The notes below the pieces were generated by a model. It saw only the letters and a program-made list of their open reading frames with translations. It had not been told where the DNA came from and did not search any database. 64,000 nt of DNA. Source: Raja brachyura (lineage: Eukaryota). The stretch is from assembly GCA_963514005.1 (NCBI GenBank), contig OY740806.1:19468001-19532000 (forward strand). Reading direction: 5' to 3'. How positions within the stretch are numbered: the first letter of the stretch is position 1; each line of letters opens with the position of its first letter. Positions 63,719-64,000 of this stretch are shown piece after piece. A program made the position numbers and the translations under genes.

Positions 63719-64000
63719 ATTCAACACCTAACTACTTTAGACCCCTTGCCCTATCACTGCTCAGAATTTTATTTAAACCTGACAAGTTTGTTGTTAGATG
63801 AGAAGTTTGATATTCTAAAATGTTGTTTGTCACCAATGGGATAATGTTAAATGGTATGTTTCTCAGAATACCTGTTACAAAAGCCTAAAATTAATGAGCC
63901 ACACCATTTCCCCAACCAAATTAAAATGAGAAAAGGGCAAAGAAGGTGTTAACTGGCGTGTATATATCAATTTACACACAGAATAGTCCCACATCATCTT

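Noticed and set aside
42460-64000. Convergent paralogue (OPCML/NTM) terminal exon on the minus strand
   Set aside because: I found no GPG...KF*-type exon or other host exon by eye. A short exon could have been missed.

Overview
AT-rich, repeat-dense vertebrate genomic DNA. The repeat families (CR1/HER1-type LINEs, HE1/V-SINE-type SINEs, Rex1/Babar, Penelope) point to a cartilaginous fish, probably a skate or ray (inference). The only host gene I can support is the 3' end of a + strand IgLON neural cell-adhesion gene, most like neurotrimin (NTM). It has two 36-nt phase-1 microexons (4878-4913, EVNEPTSSTQIQ; 19768-19803, EEKTSTILANWK) that the ORF track misses, and a terminal GPI-signal exon (24350-24453, GPGTVLDGNNRAPAGMTPSLWLLVILFVHFLFKF*). 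A 3' UTR follows, with a possible very distal poly(A) site near 42.4 kb. The Ig-domain exons lie upstream of the window. The rest is intronic or intergenic DNA with many decayed transposons. The most notable non-genic signals are: (1) about 18 short, often hairpin-shaped Penelope-derived elements carrying a minimal hammerhead-ribozyme motif, plus a truncated RT/GIY-YIG parent copy; (2) a complete non-autonomous Helitron (60191-61039) with internal tandem repeats and a promoter-like motif cluster; (3) palindromic MITEs, one with a nested CR1. Family names and protein comparisons come from recalled sequence motifs, not database searches. Boundaries of decayed repeats are approximate.
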